The notes below the pieces were generated by a model, which ran no database searches, was not told the DNA's origin, and was given only the letters and a program-made list of their open reading frames with translations. This document shows positions 28,551-37,378 of a DNA stretch of 56,824 nucleotides, one piece after another. Numbering within the stretch: position 1 is the stretch's first letter; the number at the start of each line of letters is the position of its first letter. The stretch lies in the NCBI GenBank assembly GCA_049966015.1, contig JBMFVL010000002.1, forward strand, positions 1 through 56,824, given 5' to 3'. A program made the translations under genes and the position numbers. The stretch comes from Thermoplasmata archaeon. GTDB lineage: Archaea; Thermoplasmatota; Thermoplasmata; Lutacidiplasmatales; JAMCUS01.

Positions 28551-28654
28551 ACTTTATTCATTTGTATATTGTTATTTATAATTGACTAATTTTTATTGAT
28601 AAAAATGATAATAATAGAAAAAAATATAGGTATAATATTGTTATTATTACAATT

Positions 28655-29101
28655 ATGAAACAAAAAATTGATAAAATAGACGATAATATTCTATATATTT
28701 TGGAAGAAGATTCTAGATTATCTGCTACGAGGTTAGCTGATAGATTGGGGATTCCACGAACAACAGTAGTTCATAGATTAAAAAAATTAGTTGATAATAA
28801 AATTATTAAAAAATTTACTATTGTTAGGAATCATGAAATTTTAGGGGATGATATCGTTGCTTTCGTCCTTGTTTCATTTGACAATTCTAAAAAATTAACC
28901 CAGAAAAAGGTAGCAAATGCAATTTCATTTGTAGAAGGAGTTGAAGCTGTTTATATTATTTCCGGGGAATACGATATTTTGGTTAAGGTTAGGGCTAGTA
29001 GTGATAAAGGCATAGGGGAAATTGTTGTAGATAAGATCCATTCCATAGAAGGAGTCTCTAAGACACTTACACTTTCATGCTTTTTTACAATAAAAGAATA
29101 G
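28655..29101 (+). CDS. Lrp/AsnC family transcriptional regulator
   Basis: HTH IDDNILYILEEDSRLSATRLADRLGIPRTTVVHRLKKL plus a C-terminal RAM/ACT-like domain (AFVLV...VEAVYIISGEYDILVKV). Confidence 0.85.
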   Translation: MKQKIDKIDDNILYILEEDSRLSATRLADRLGIPRTTVVHRLKKLVDNKIIKKFTIVRNHEILGDDIVAFVLVSFDNSKKLTQKKVANAISFVEGVEAVYIISGEYDILVKVRASSDKGIGEIVVDKIHSIEGVSKTLTLSCFFTIKE

Positions 29102-29105
29102 ATTT

Positions 29106-29768
29106 TTATACCGCCTGCAATAAGTGCTCTATGAAATGTTCTTCTGGATATGCACCTTCCATTTCTACTTTATCATTTATAACAACTTTAGGAACACCTT
29201 CCACCATGTATTTCTCCCCCAATTCCGGGAATTCAATTACCTCAATCATTTCTGCTTTTATATTTTCAGATTCGATAGCAAGTTTGTGAGATAATTTTAC
29301 TGCCAAAGGACAGTAAGGGCATGTAGGGGTAACAAAAACTTGTATGTGAACAGGTTTTGAAATTTTAGATACGATTTTTTTTGTTTTTTCAGTTAAATCA
29401 GTATTGCCCTTTGATATGTTTATTATACCTTCTATTAATGACATGAATTCATATCCTGATGGGAGACCGTAAAAGTGCACACCATATTTTTTGTTGGACG
29501 ACGCAAGTTTTATTGCAGGTGCCTTGTCCAAATCGAGTTCTTTTACTTTATCATTATCATCATCAAAGTCATACTCAACCACACTGATTTTTTCAGGATA
29601 TATTGAGGCCACTTCAAGGCATATTTCTTTAACCTCAGGAGAGTAATTGTTGTTATCATCTGCGCCTTTCTTTTTCTTTGTAACCACATATATTATAACA
29701 TTATCTTTCATTGATTCTTTGAAGGTCTTTTTCAACATTTCTTTATCCTTAGCTTTGATCAATTCCAT
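29106..29768 (-). CDS. protein disulfide oxidoreductase (two thioredoxin-fold units, single CPYC site)
   Basis: C-terminal unit VFVTPTCPYCPLAV...GVPKVVIN. The N-terminal unit has the thioredoxin-like layout but no CxxC. Confidence 0.7.
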   Translation of the reverse strand: MELIKAKDKEMLKKTFKESMKDNVIIYVVTKKKKGADDNNNYSPEVKEICLEVASIYPEKISVVEYDFDDDNDKVKELDLDKAPAIKLASSNKKYGVHFYGLPSGYEFMSLIEGIINISKGNTDLTEKTKKIVSKISKPVHIQVFVTPTCPYCPLAVKLSHKLAIESENIKAEMIEVIEFPELGEKYMVEGVPKVVINDKVEMEGAYPEEHFIEHLLQAV

Positions 29769-29944
29769 ATTTGCACCTCGTTTTTATAGCGTATAGTATA
29801 GATTTATGTTAGATATAAAATTTTAGCATTTATCATATTACATGAATATATTACTTTTAAAGAAACAAAACAAAGGAGGTAAAAAGGATAATATAGTAAA
29901 AATATGATTTTATTAACGTATTGCATTGATGTATTTATTTTGAT

Positions 29945-31591
29945 GTGAAAAGGGGGATTAAGTTGAGTGAGGTTGTTGATAGGTCAGAATATGATCAATT
30001 GGTATTGAAAGATAAATTGATGATTTATTTGGTGAAGAGAGGAAAGGGATATAGGTCTATTAGTAGGGATGATATTATTAAAGATCTAGGCAGGGATTTT
30101 AGGGGTTCAACATATAATGATATTAGAGCAGTCATAAATAGCCTTAATACAGAAAAATTGATCAAAATCAACTATGTGGGAATGGATGATTTTTCAATCG
30201 ATATAGATAAAAAAGGCATTGAATATGTAAATGAAAAATTTTACAATACTAATTTGATTGATAAAAGTATTTTAGATAAATTGTTGAATGATAAGAATAT
30301 ACATGCCCCTAAAAGTGTACCGGTTGAAGGGGACTTTTTTAACGAAAATAAACCTGCAAAAAAGGAGTATAAAGAAAAAACAGGTTCACAATCAATTGAT
30401 GTTTCTTCACTTCAATCCAGTACAGTTGTTAATTCAGTAGTTTCAGAAGTTATGAAAACTCTTTTAGAGAAGGAAAAGGAAATAGAAGAGAAGGACAAAG
30501 CACTGAAAGATAAGGAGAATGAATTAAATGAGAAGTATAAAGAGTTTTCAGAAAAATTAAAATTACTTGAAAATAAAGAGGAAAAAAATAACATACAGGA
30601 AGGGGAACTTAGTGACTTAGATAAGGTGCTAACTACTGTAAAAACGGAAGAAAGTGCATACAAAAAACAACTCGATGACCTCAATGCTATGATTTTGAAT
30701 AAAGATAACGAGATCAAAGCTTTAATCGATAAAACCAATGCCATCCAGGCAGAACTAGATGCTAAAATCAAAGAAAACAATGAGCTTTTGGAATACAAAA
30801 AACAAATTGATGCACTTATCGCAGAAAAAGATTCCTTAGCTAAGCAATTGGCTGATAAAGATAATGAATTGCAATCAATCAAATCCCAAACACAATCTTC
30901 TCAATCAGATTTGGAAAGTGCATACAAAAAACAACTCGATGACCTCAATGCTATGATTTTGAATAAAGATAACGAGATCAAAGCTTTAATCGATAAAACC
31001 AATGCCATCCAGGCAGAACTAGATGCTAAAATTAAAGAAAACAATGAGCTTTTGGAATACAAAAAACAAATTGATGCACTTATCGCAGAAAAAGATTCCT
31101 TAGCTAAGCAATTGGCTGATAAAGATAATGAATTGCAAATTCTTAAAAACAATTCTATTGAATATAGTGCTATATTAAATGAAAAAGAGGAGTTGAATGC
31201 TATAAGGGAAGAACTAAATATCATTAAAAAAGAGATAGAGAAGGAAAAAGAACTTAACCTTCAACATGAGATAGATTTATCTGCTAGAGAAGCAGAATTA
31301 AGTGAAAACAGGAAACAACTAGCAAAAGAATTTGAAGAATTGAATTCAGAGAGGGCTAAACGTGCAGTAATAATTAAAGCAATAGATGAAAAAGAAAAGC
31401 AATTAAATTCACTTGAAAAATATTTGAAGAATGAAAGTAAAGCTTTAAGCAACGATAGAGAGTTGTTTAACATGCTTGTATCCAAGTGGCTGGAAAAAAT
31501 AGAAAAATTAGATAATTCTATACATTCTATTCAATCTTCAGGTGAAGAAATTTTGCAGGAAATCAAGAAGAATTTTCAGCACCCTGGATAG
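29945..31591 (+). CDS. winged-helix-like N-domain + long coiled-coil protein with internal 88-aa duplication
   Basis: N-terminal about 90 aa with wHTH-like pattern (LMIYLVKRGKGYRSISRDDIIKDLG...AVINSLNTEKLIKINYVG). About 400 aa of Lys/Glu/Leu heptad sequence follows. GTG start at 29945, so the start is uncertain. Confidence 0.6.
   Translation: MKRGIKLSEVVDRSEYDQLVLKDKLMIYLVKRGKGYRSISRDDIIKDLGRDFRGSTYNDIRAVINSLNTEKLIKINYVGMDDFSIDIDKKGIEYVNEKFYNTNLIDKSILDKLLNDKNIHAPKSVPVEGDFFNENKPAKKEYKEKTGSQSIDVSSLQSSTVVNSVVSEVMKTLLEKEKEIEEKDKALKDKENELNEKYKEFSEKLKLLENKEEKNNIQEGELSDLDKVLTTVKTEESAYKKQLDDLNAMILNKDNEIKALIDKTNAIQAELDAKIKENNELLEYKKQIDALIAEKDSLAKQLADKDNELQSIKSQTQSSQSDLESAYKKQLDDLNAMILNKDNEIKALIDKTNAIQAELDAKIKENNELLEYKKQIDALIAEKDSLAKQLADKDNELQILKNNSIEYSAILNEKEELNAIREELNIIKKEIEKEKELNLQHEIDLSAREAELSENRKQLAKEFEELNSERAKRAVIIKAIDEKEKQLNSLEKYLKNESKALSNDRELFNMLVSKWLEKIEKLDNSIHSIQSSGEEILQEIKKNFQHPG
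30650..31138 (+). repeat. near-identical direct duplication: two 225-nt units (30650-30874 and 30914-31138) separated by 39 nt
   Basis: Copies are offset by exactly 264 nt (88 codons, in frame). I found one mismatch, C at 30769 versus T at 31033, which is synonymous (Ile). Confidence 0.95.
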
Positions 31592-31707
31592 ATGAAAATA
31601 CCAGATGCACCTATATTTTCACAACATAACTGTATTAACAATATATTTTATTTATAATAGCGGTTTAGACAAAAAACTTTATTAAATAGAGATTTACTCT
31701 ATCATTT

Positions 31708-31929
31708 ATGGATGAGGATGAGCAACCGTATGAAGAATACCATACCCCTATAGGTAAATTGGTAATGTTTATTTTGGCTACTTTGTTTTTCCTTGCTGGT
31801 TTATCGTTATATATAATATGGGCAGCACTTTACAATGCATGGTTTGATATAGGGTTGTATTCAGTATCATTTTCTATGATGTTAATAGGGCTTGTAGAAA
31901 TGTATATTCACTTTCCTACTAATAAATAA
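31708..31929 (+). CDS. small acidic-headed 2-TM membrane protein
   Basis: MDEDEQPYEEY head followed by two hydrophobic helices (LVMFILATLFFLAGLSLYIIWAAL, GLYSVSFSMMLIGLVEMYI). Confidence 0.4.
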   Translation: MDEDEQPYEEYHTPIGKLVMFILATLFFLAGLSLYIIWAALYNAWFDIGLYSVSFSMMLIGLVEMYIHFPTNK

Positions 31930-31998
31930 AAGTTTTGAAAATAATATTCAAAAAATTTATTTAATTTGAACAACTTTAGGGTAATAGATGGTGTAGAG

Positions 31999-32337
31999 AT
32001 GAAACCGGATGAGATTGAGGGTTATTTTAAAAAATTAGATTCCACCAATATTTTTAAGGGATATTATGTTGTCTCTAGAGATGGTATGCATGTGGCATCT
32101 AAGTCGTTTGATAATATAAATACAGATACATTTAGTGCCATGTCTGCGGTTATACTTGGTGCAGCTGAAACAATATTTACTATGGTGAAGGATAAGGTAA
32201 AGGTTATCGAATTGAAAGGTGTTGATAATATATTTTTTGTTGTTTCCACTGATGACAGGAGTTTGTTTATAGCAGTAACCAATAGTAAAAAAGAGAAGGA
32301 AGCGTTGGATGTTCTTTTTAAAACTTTTTCTAAATAA
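31999..32337 (+). CDS. Roadblock/LC7 (MglB-like) domain protein
   Basis: Pattern GYYVVSRDGMHVAS...DTFSAMSAVILGAAETIF...VKVIELKGVDNIFFVVSTDDRSLFIAVTN fits the Robl/LC7 alpha-beta-alpha fold. ATG at 31999, whereas the ORF track uses TTG at 31966. Confidence 0.6.
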   Translation: MKPDEIEGYFKKLDSTNIFKGYYVVSRDGMHVASKSFDNINTDTFSAMSAVILGAAETIFTMVKDKVKVIELKGVDNIFFVVSTDDRSLFIAVTNSKKEKEALDVLFKTFSK

Positions 32338-32349
32338 ACAGGGATTATT

Positions 32350-32586
32350 ATGGGTGAAGTATGGGAAGTTAATAGTGATGGGGAGAAATGTGTGCAGATT
32401 TCTATTCCTGAAGACATTTACAACAAAATGAAGTCAAGGATTGCTAATACAGGTTTTGAAAATGTTTCTGATTTTGTAACTTTTATTTTACGCACTGTGA
32501 GTGAATCTAAGTCTAACGAACCGTTTAGTGATGAAGACGAAAAAAAGGTTAGAGACAGGCTTAGGTCAATCGGATATATTGATTAA
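32350..32586 (+). CDS. ribbon-helix-helix (CopG/Arc-like) small protein with acidic C-terminal tail
   Basis: Beta strand plus two helices: VQISIPEDIYNKMKSRIANTGFENVSDFVTFILRTV. The tail is SNEPFSDEDEKKVRDRLRSIGYID. Confidence 0.5.
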   Translation: MGEVWEVNSDGEKCVQISIPEDIYNKMKSRIANTGFENVSDFVTFILRTVSESKSNEPFSDEDEKKVRDRLRSIGYID

Positions 32587-32595
32587 GGTGTTGTA

Positions 32596-33726
32596 ATGAA
32601 CCTAGTTAACAGGATGGTTACTGTTGATGACCTTTACTCGAGAAGAGATTATGCACGTACACTGCCTAAGCTTAAGGTTAGAACTCAACTGCTTATAGAT
32701 ATGGATAATATAGCCAATGGTGTTTTTAGTCCTTTAACCGGTTTTATGACCGAAGAGGAATTAAATAGCGTAGTAGATGAAATGTATTTACCTTCTGGTT
32801 ATCCATGGACTATACCAATACCACTTACATTGGACCAAAGTCAATGGGATAATGTAAAGGTTGGGGAGGATTATGTAATTTCAGACATGGAAGGTAAGAA
32901 AGATTATGGGATAATAAAAGTGCGTGACAAGTACGCAATGAATTTGGAAAATATTGCTGTTAAAGTTTTTAAAACAAGTTCCAAAGAACATTATGGCGTT
33001 AGCAGGATGTATGACTGGGGCAAATATGCGATAGGTGGGGAAATAGAGGTTTTCAATAGATATGTTGATGAATATTCTTCACATATGCTTAGCCCCAAGC
33101 AAACGAGAGAAATTTTTAAAAATATGGGATGGCGTACGGTTGTTGCTTTTCAAACAAGGAACGTTCCTCATAGAGGACATGAATGGATACAAAAAACAGC
33201 CCTTTCCTCAGTAGATGGGTTGTTCATTAATCCTTTGGTTGGCGACAAGAAAAAGGGGGACTACAAAGACCGTATTGTATTTGGTTCCTATGAAATATTG
33301 GTGAAAAATTATTTCCCTAAAAATACTGTTTTACTTGCTCCTTTGAGAACGATGATGAGGTATGCAGGTCCCAGAGAGGCAATATTCCATGCACTGATAA
33401 GAAAGAATTACGGTTGTACTCACTTTATAGTCGGGAGAGACCATGCAGGTGTGGGGAATTATTATGGCCCATATGAGGCACAGGAAATTTTTACATACTT
33501 CCCTGATTTGGGTATAACACCTGTATTTTTTAAAGAATTTTACTGGTGCAATAAATGTGATTCAATGGTTACTGACAAAATTTGTCCTCATTCTATAGAT
33601 GATCGGATTGTCATTAAGGGTACGCTCATAAGGGATTTGATAAACCACAACGAGGAAGTTAATACTAAGATTATGAGAAAGGAAGTTGCCGAATATTTAA
33701 TAAAAGAGCATGACATATTCATTTAA
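32596..33726 (+). CDS. sat: sulfate adenylyltransferase (ATP sulfurylase)
   Basis: FQTRNVPHRGHE and HFIVGRDHAGVG motifs. AAGGTG SD-like element upstream. Confidence 0.9.
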   Translation: MNLVNRMVTVDDLYSRRDYARTLPKLKVRTQLLIDMDNIANGVFSPLTGFMTEEELNSVVDEMYLPSGYPWTIPIPLTLDQSQWDNVKVGEDYVISDMEGKKDYGIIKVRDKYAMNLENIAVKVFKTSSKEHYGVSRMYDWGKYAIGGEIEVFNRYVDEYSSHMLSPKQTREIFKNMGWRTVVAFQTRNVPHRGHEWIQKTALSSVDGLFINPLVGDKKKGDYKDRIVFGSYEILVKNYFPKNTVLLAPLRTMMRYAGPREAIFHALIRKNYGCTHFIVGRDHAGVGNYYGPYEAQEIFTYFPDLGITPVFFKEFYWCNKCDSMVTDKICPHSIDDRIVIKGTLIRDLINHNEEVNTKIMRKEVAEYLIKEHDIFI

Positions 33727-33734
33727 TGATTTAA

Positions 33735-35099
33735 ATGAGCAATAAGCTTTTTGTGCTTGGTTTGGATTGCGCAGAACCAAGCCTTGTTTATGAAAAATTC
33801 AAATCCGACCTGCCTAATATCTCTTCATTGTTTCCCGCCAATGCCAAGAGTTTTATGAAAAGTACTATACCACCTATTACCATTCCTGCTTGGCTTTCGA
33901 TGGCAAGTGGTAAGGATCCTGGAGAAATAGGTTTTTATGGATTTACTCATAGAAAATTAGGCACATATCCTGGTATAGACCCTAAGTCAGAATGGAAAGC
34001 AGATGCTAGTAGAGTAGACATCGAAACAATATTTACCCATGCCTCTAGAATGGGTAAAAGGGTTATTAAAGTAGGATTTCCCCCTTCATATCCCCCACAA
34101 CCAATAAGAGGGGAATCTGTAGGGTGTTTTTTAACTCCTGACTCTAAAAGTGAATATACATACCCCAGTTCTTTGAAAGGAGAGGTTGAAAAGGTAGTAG
34201 GGGATTATATATTTGATGTAAAGGGATTTAGATCAGAGGATAGAGAAAATACATTAAAACTTCTTTACAATATGGCAGAAAAACATTTTGAAGTTGTAAA
34301 ATATTTGATTAAAAACAAAAAATGGGATCTTTTTTGGTTTGTCGAAATTGGGATTGATAGGCTACATCATGTATTTTGGAAATATATGGATAAGGATCAT
34401 CACTTATATGAACCAGGAAATAAATTTGAAAATGCGATGAAGGATTACTATATATTTATAGACCACAAAGTAGGGGAACTATTGGAATTGCTTAAAAATC
34501 AACAAACGTCCATTATGATCGTTTCTGATCACGGTGCTAAAAGAATGAAGGGCGCTTTTGCTTTAAATCAATGGCTGGTAGATAAAGGGTACCTTGTACT
34601 TGATGAACCCCCAAATAGCGATAAACCTGTTACATTAGATAAATTAAAGGTTAATTGGAAAAAAACTACTGCGTGGGGAGCAGGTGGATATTATGGCAGG
34701 ATTTTCATAAATTTGGAAGGCAGGGAGCAATACGGAGTTGTCAAAAAAGACCAGTATGATAATATGTTAGACCAATTAAAGTATGACCTAAACACCATTA
34801 AAGATGATCATGGAAATCCAATGAAAAATTTTATTTTTGCACCAAAAGAGATTTACAAGCAGGTAAGGGGGGACTATCCAGATTTAATGGCGATATTTGA
34901 TGATCTTTACTGGAGATCAGCAGGTACTGTAGGCCATAAAAGTATATATTTAAAAGAGAACGATACAGGACCGGACGATGCGGTGCATGCACAATATGGA
35001 ATTTTAGGTATAACGGATTATGAAAAGAGGTTAACCCTGCCAAACATTGTAGATATTAAAGATATATATACACTGGAAAAAACATTGCTAGGGCTTTGA
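33735..35099 (+). CDS. alkaline-phosphatase-superfamily enzyme (type I phosphodiesterase / nucleotide pyrophosphatase-like)
   Basis: LFVLGLDCAEP, nucleophile region STIPPITIPAWLSMASGKDPGEIGFYG, IDRLHH and IMIVSDHG. Starts 8 nt after sat. Confidence 0.7.
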   Translation: MSNKLFVLGLDCAEPSLVYEKFKSDLPNISSLFPANAKSFMKSTIPPITIPAWLSMASGKDPGEIGFYGFTHRKLGTYPGIDPKSEWKADASRVDIETIFTHASRMGKRVIKVGFPPSYPPQPIRGESVGCFLTPDSKSEYTYPSSLKGEVEKVVGDYIFDVKGFRSEDRENTLKLLYNMAEKHFEVVKYLIKNKKWDLFWFVEIGIDRLHHVFWKYMDKDHHLYEPGNKFENAMKDYYIFIDHKVGELLELLKNQQTSIMIVSDHGAKRMKGAFALNQWLVDKGYLVLDEPPNSDKPVTLDKLKVNWKKTTAWGAGGYYGRIFINLEGREQYGVVKKDQYDNMLDQLKYDLNTIKDDHGNPMKNFIFAPKEIYKQVRGDYPDLMAIFDDLYWRSAGTVGHKSIYLKENDTGPDDAVHAQYGILGITDYEKRLTLPNIVDIKDIYTLEKTLLGL

Positions 35100-35813
35100 A
35101 TCTTTAATTGTTAATAATTCCATTGCTTTTTCTATAGCCTTTTTTACATTTGGAATGCCCATTGAAAAGCTATTTACACCATATTTTAGCAATGTCTGTG
35201 CTGTAGGGGTACCTATTGAGATTATTAATTTGGGCAATAAGTTGATAGGTTTTTCATATTTTGAAAATATTTTAAAGAAAACATTTACAATCATACTAGA
35301 AGTAAAAATCACTGCATCAATATTTGTTTTTTTAATTTCTTCGTACATTTTTTTTGAGTTCTCATCGTTTATTTTAGCATGATATAAATTCAATACTTTC
35401 AAATCTGCTTTTTTTGTTAATAGCTTTATTATGATATCTGGATTGCCATCTAGGCTCCTAACAAGCAATATTTTTTTATTTTTATCTATTATTTCAACAA
35501 TCCCTTCAGATGTTTGTTTTTTAGGTATTGTTACATTGCTTATCCCTTCAGCAGTCTTTTCACCTATTGCAATGATCTTTTTTCCGTTGATAAAATTGCT
35601 GAATTCACTATCGCTAAAAAAATTTTTGAATGTCGAATATCCAAATCTACTAGTAAATATTATGTATTGATAAGATTCACTTTTTAGTTTGTCAATCTCC
35701 TCTTTGCCCACATCAACCACTAATTTTGTTAGTGGGATGTTTATTATCCTAACCCCGTTTATATTGATGTTTTCATTTTTTTCTTCTGGCCTGAATAACA
35801 ATATGTTATACAA
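35088..35813 (-). CDS. hemD: uroporphyrinogen-III synthase
   Basis: Weak HemD pattern (YIIFTSRFGYSTF; DAVIFTSSMIVNVFF; ISIGTPTAQTL). It is the last gene of the hemL-hemC-cobA operon, overlapping cobA by 8 nt. Confidence 0.6.
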   Translation of the reverse strand: MYNILLFRPEEKNENININGVRIINIPLTKLVVDVGKEEIDKLKSESYQYIIFTSRFGYSTFKNFFSDSEFSNFINGKKIIAIGEKTAEGISNVTIPKKQTSEGIVEIIDKNKKILLVRSLDGNPDIIIKLLTKKADLKVLNLYHAKINDENSKKMYEEIKKTNIDAVIFTSSMIVNVFFKIFSKYEKPINLLPKLIISIGTPTAQTLLKYGVNSFSMGIPNVKKAIEKAMELLTIKDSKP

Positions 35814-36522
35814 TAAAATTCACCACTTTACCTATTACAATAACAGCCGGAGCTTTTATATCATTTTTTTTTGCAATATCTACCATTGATTTTATTTTCC
35901 CATTCACGATTTTTTGCTTTTTGGTTGTTCCATTCTGTATTATGCAAAAAGGGGTTTCATCATTCATTCCGTTATAAATTAAATGTTTTTTTATATCCCC
36001 GATTTTGCTTACACCCATGAGTATAACAAGTGTGCCGTTGAATGTTGCCATAGATTTCCAGTCTGGTTCATAATTATCCTTAAGATGAGCAGAGACTATC
36101 ATCACGGAGGAAGATACGTCCCTGTGGGTTAAAGGCAATCCTACATTGGTAGGAACACCTATGGCAGATGTAATCCCGGGAATTACTTCATATTTTATAT
36201 TTTCCTTTTTCATGAATTCTATTTCTTCGCCACCCCTTCCAAATAAAAAGGGGTCACCGCCTTTTAATCTTGATACATTCTTTCCTTCGTTGTAATATTT
36301 TTTTATTAACTCATGTATATTTTCTTGCATGACATCAGTATCTTTTCCTTTGATCTTTCCCACATTAATTTTTTTTATATTTTTAGGGAGCTTCTTTAAA
36401 AGGGTTGTACTTACTAAGCTATCGTATAGAATAACATCTGACTTTTCTAGTGCATTCATTCCCTTTATAGTGATTAATGTAGGATCTCCAGGACCAGCAC
36501 CTATAAGATAAACTTTATTCAT
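35806..36522 (-). CDS. cobA: uroporphyrinogen-III C-methyltransferase (SUMT)
   Basis: VYLIGAGPGDPTLITIKG, LKGGDPFLFGRGGEE and IPGITSA. ATG at 36522 is preceded by AAAGGTGGT; the ORF track uses TTG at 36537. Confidence 0.85.
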   Translation of the reverse strand: MNKVYLIGAGPGDPTLITIKGMNALEKSDVILYDSLVSTTLLKKLPKNIKKINVGKIKGKDTDVMQENIHELIKKYYNEGKNVSRLKGGDPFLFGRGGEEIEFMKKENIKYEVIPGITSAIGVPTNVGLPLTHRDVSSSVMIVSAHLKDNYEPDWKSMATFNGTLVILMGVSKIGDIKKHLIYNGMNDETPFCIIQNGTTKKQKIVNGKIKSMVDIAKKNDIKAPAVIVIGKVVNFIV

Positions 36523-37378
36523 GATACCACCTTTCAAAGCGTTTTAAAAATTCTTTTTTTTCTTTTAAATCGAATAATTGCCAGAAATCATTTCTTTCAT
36601 TACCTTTTATAACTGCCGAATGGAATAATATTTTCTCTCCCACTAACCTTGCAAGTATTCCAACAGATGAATGGCATCCTGCATTAATAGTTTTTAAGGC
36701 ATCTCTTTCAATAGAAGTTACCATCAGAGATTTTTCATCGTTTATGTTTTTGGATATATAGTCAAACGACTTCTTTCTAGAAACCACTGCTATTGCACCT
36801 TGATTGGCTTGAGGAACGAATATGTCGGGATTTAACATTTCCCCTGTAATATTTAATCCCAATCTGGATATCCCTGCATATGCTAACACAATTCCATCCA
36901 TTTGCCCATTTTTTAGTTTTTTAATTCTTGTATCTATGTTTCCTCTTATATCTACCACTTCAATATCGTTTCTAAAAAATTTTAAAAAATTCCTCCTTCT
37001 TTCACTTGATGTTCCTACTTTAGAACCTTTTGGCAATGTGTTCAATGTGTATTGGCTATAAAAAAAATCTTCTATTGGACCCCGTTCAAGTACTGCAGAA
37101 ATTTCTAATTCGGGTTCCATTTCCGTAGGAAGGTCTTTCATAGAATGGACTGCAATATCTATATTATCATTAAGTAGGTTCTCGTTTATTTCTTTGGTAA
37201 AGAGTCCATATTCTTTAGACATTCTTAAAGGTGTTGTCGTATTATCACCTGAACTTGTGATTTTTATTATTTCTGTTTTAATTCCCAATTTTTCAATTTT
37301 TTGTGCTACCAGGTTAGCTTGGTATAGGGCCAATTTACTCCCTCTAGTACCAATCCTTATTTTTTCATAAGCTTTCAT
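36515..37378 (-). CDS. hemC: porphobilinogen deaminase (hydroxymethylbilane synthase)
   Basis: IRIGTRGSKLALYQA, DIAVHSMKDLP, RGNIDTR and AGC (cofactor Cys context). Confidence 0.9.
   Translation of the reverse strand: MKAYEKIRIGTRGSKLALYQANLVAQKIEKLGIKTEIIKITSSGDNTTTPLRMSKEYGLFTKEINENLLNDNIDIAVHSMKDLPTEMEPELEISAVLERGPIEDFFYSQYTLNTLPKGSKVGTSSERRRNFLKFFRNDIEVVDIRGNIDTRIKKLKNGQMDGIVLAYAGISRLGLNITGEMLNPDIFVPQANQGAIAVVSRKKSFDYISKNINDEKSLMVTSIERDALKTINAGCHSSVGILARLVGEKILFHSAVIKGNERNDFWQLFDLKEKKEFLKRFERWYHE

Noticed and set aside
35088-35099. 12-nt convergent overlap of the AP-family gene and hemD, and the 4-nt overlap at 1534-1537
   Set aside because: Short convergent overlaps are common in compact archaeal genomes, and these are not considered meaningful by themselves.
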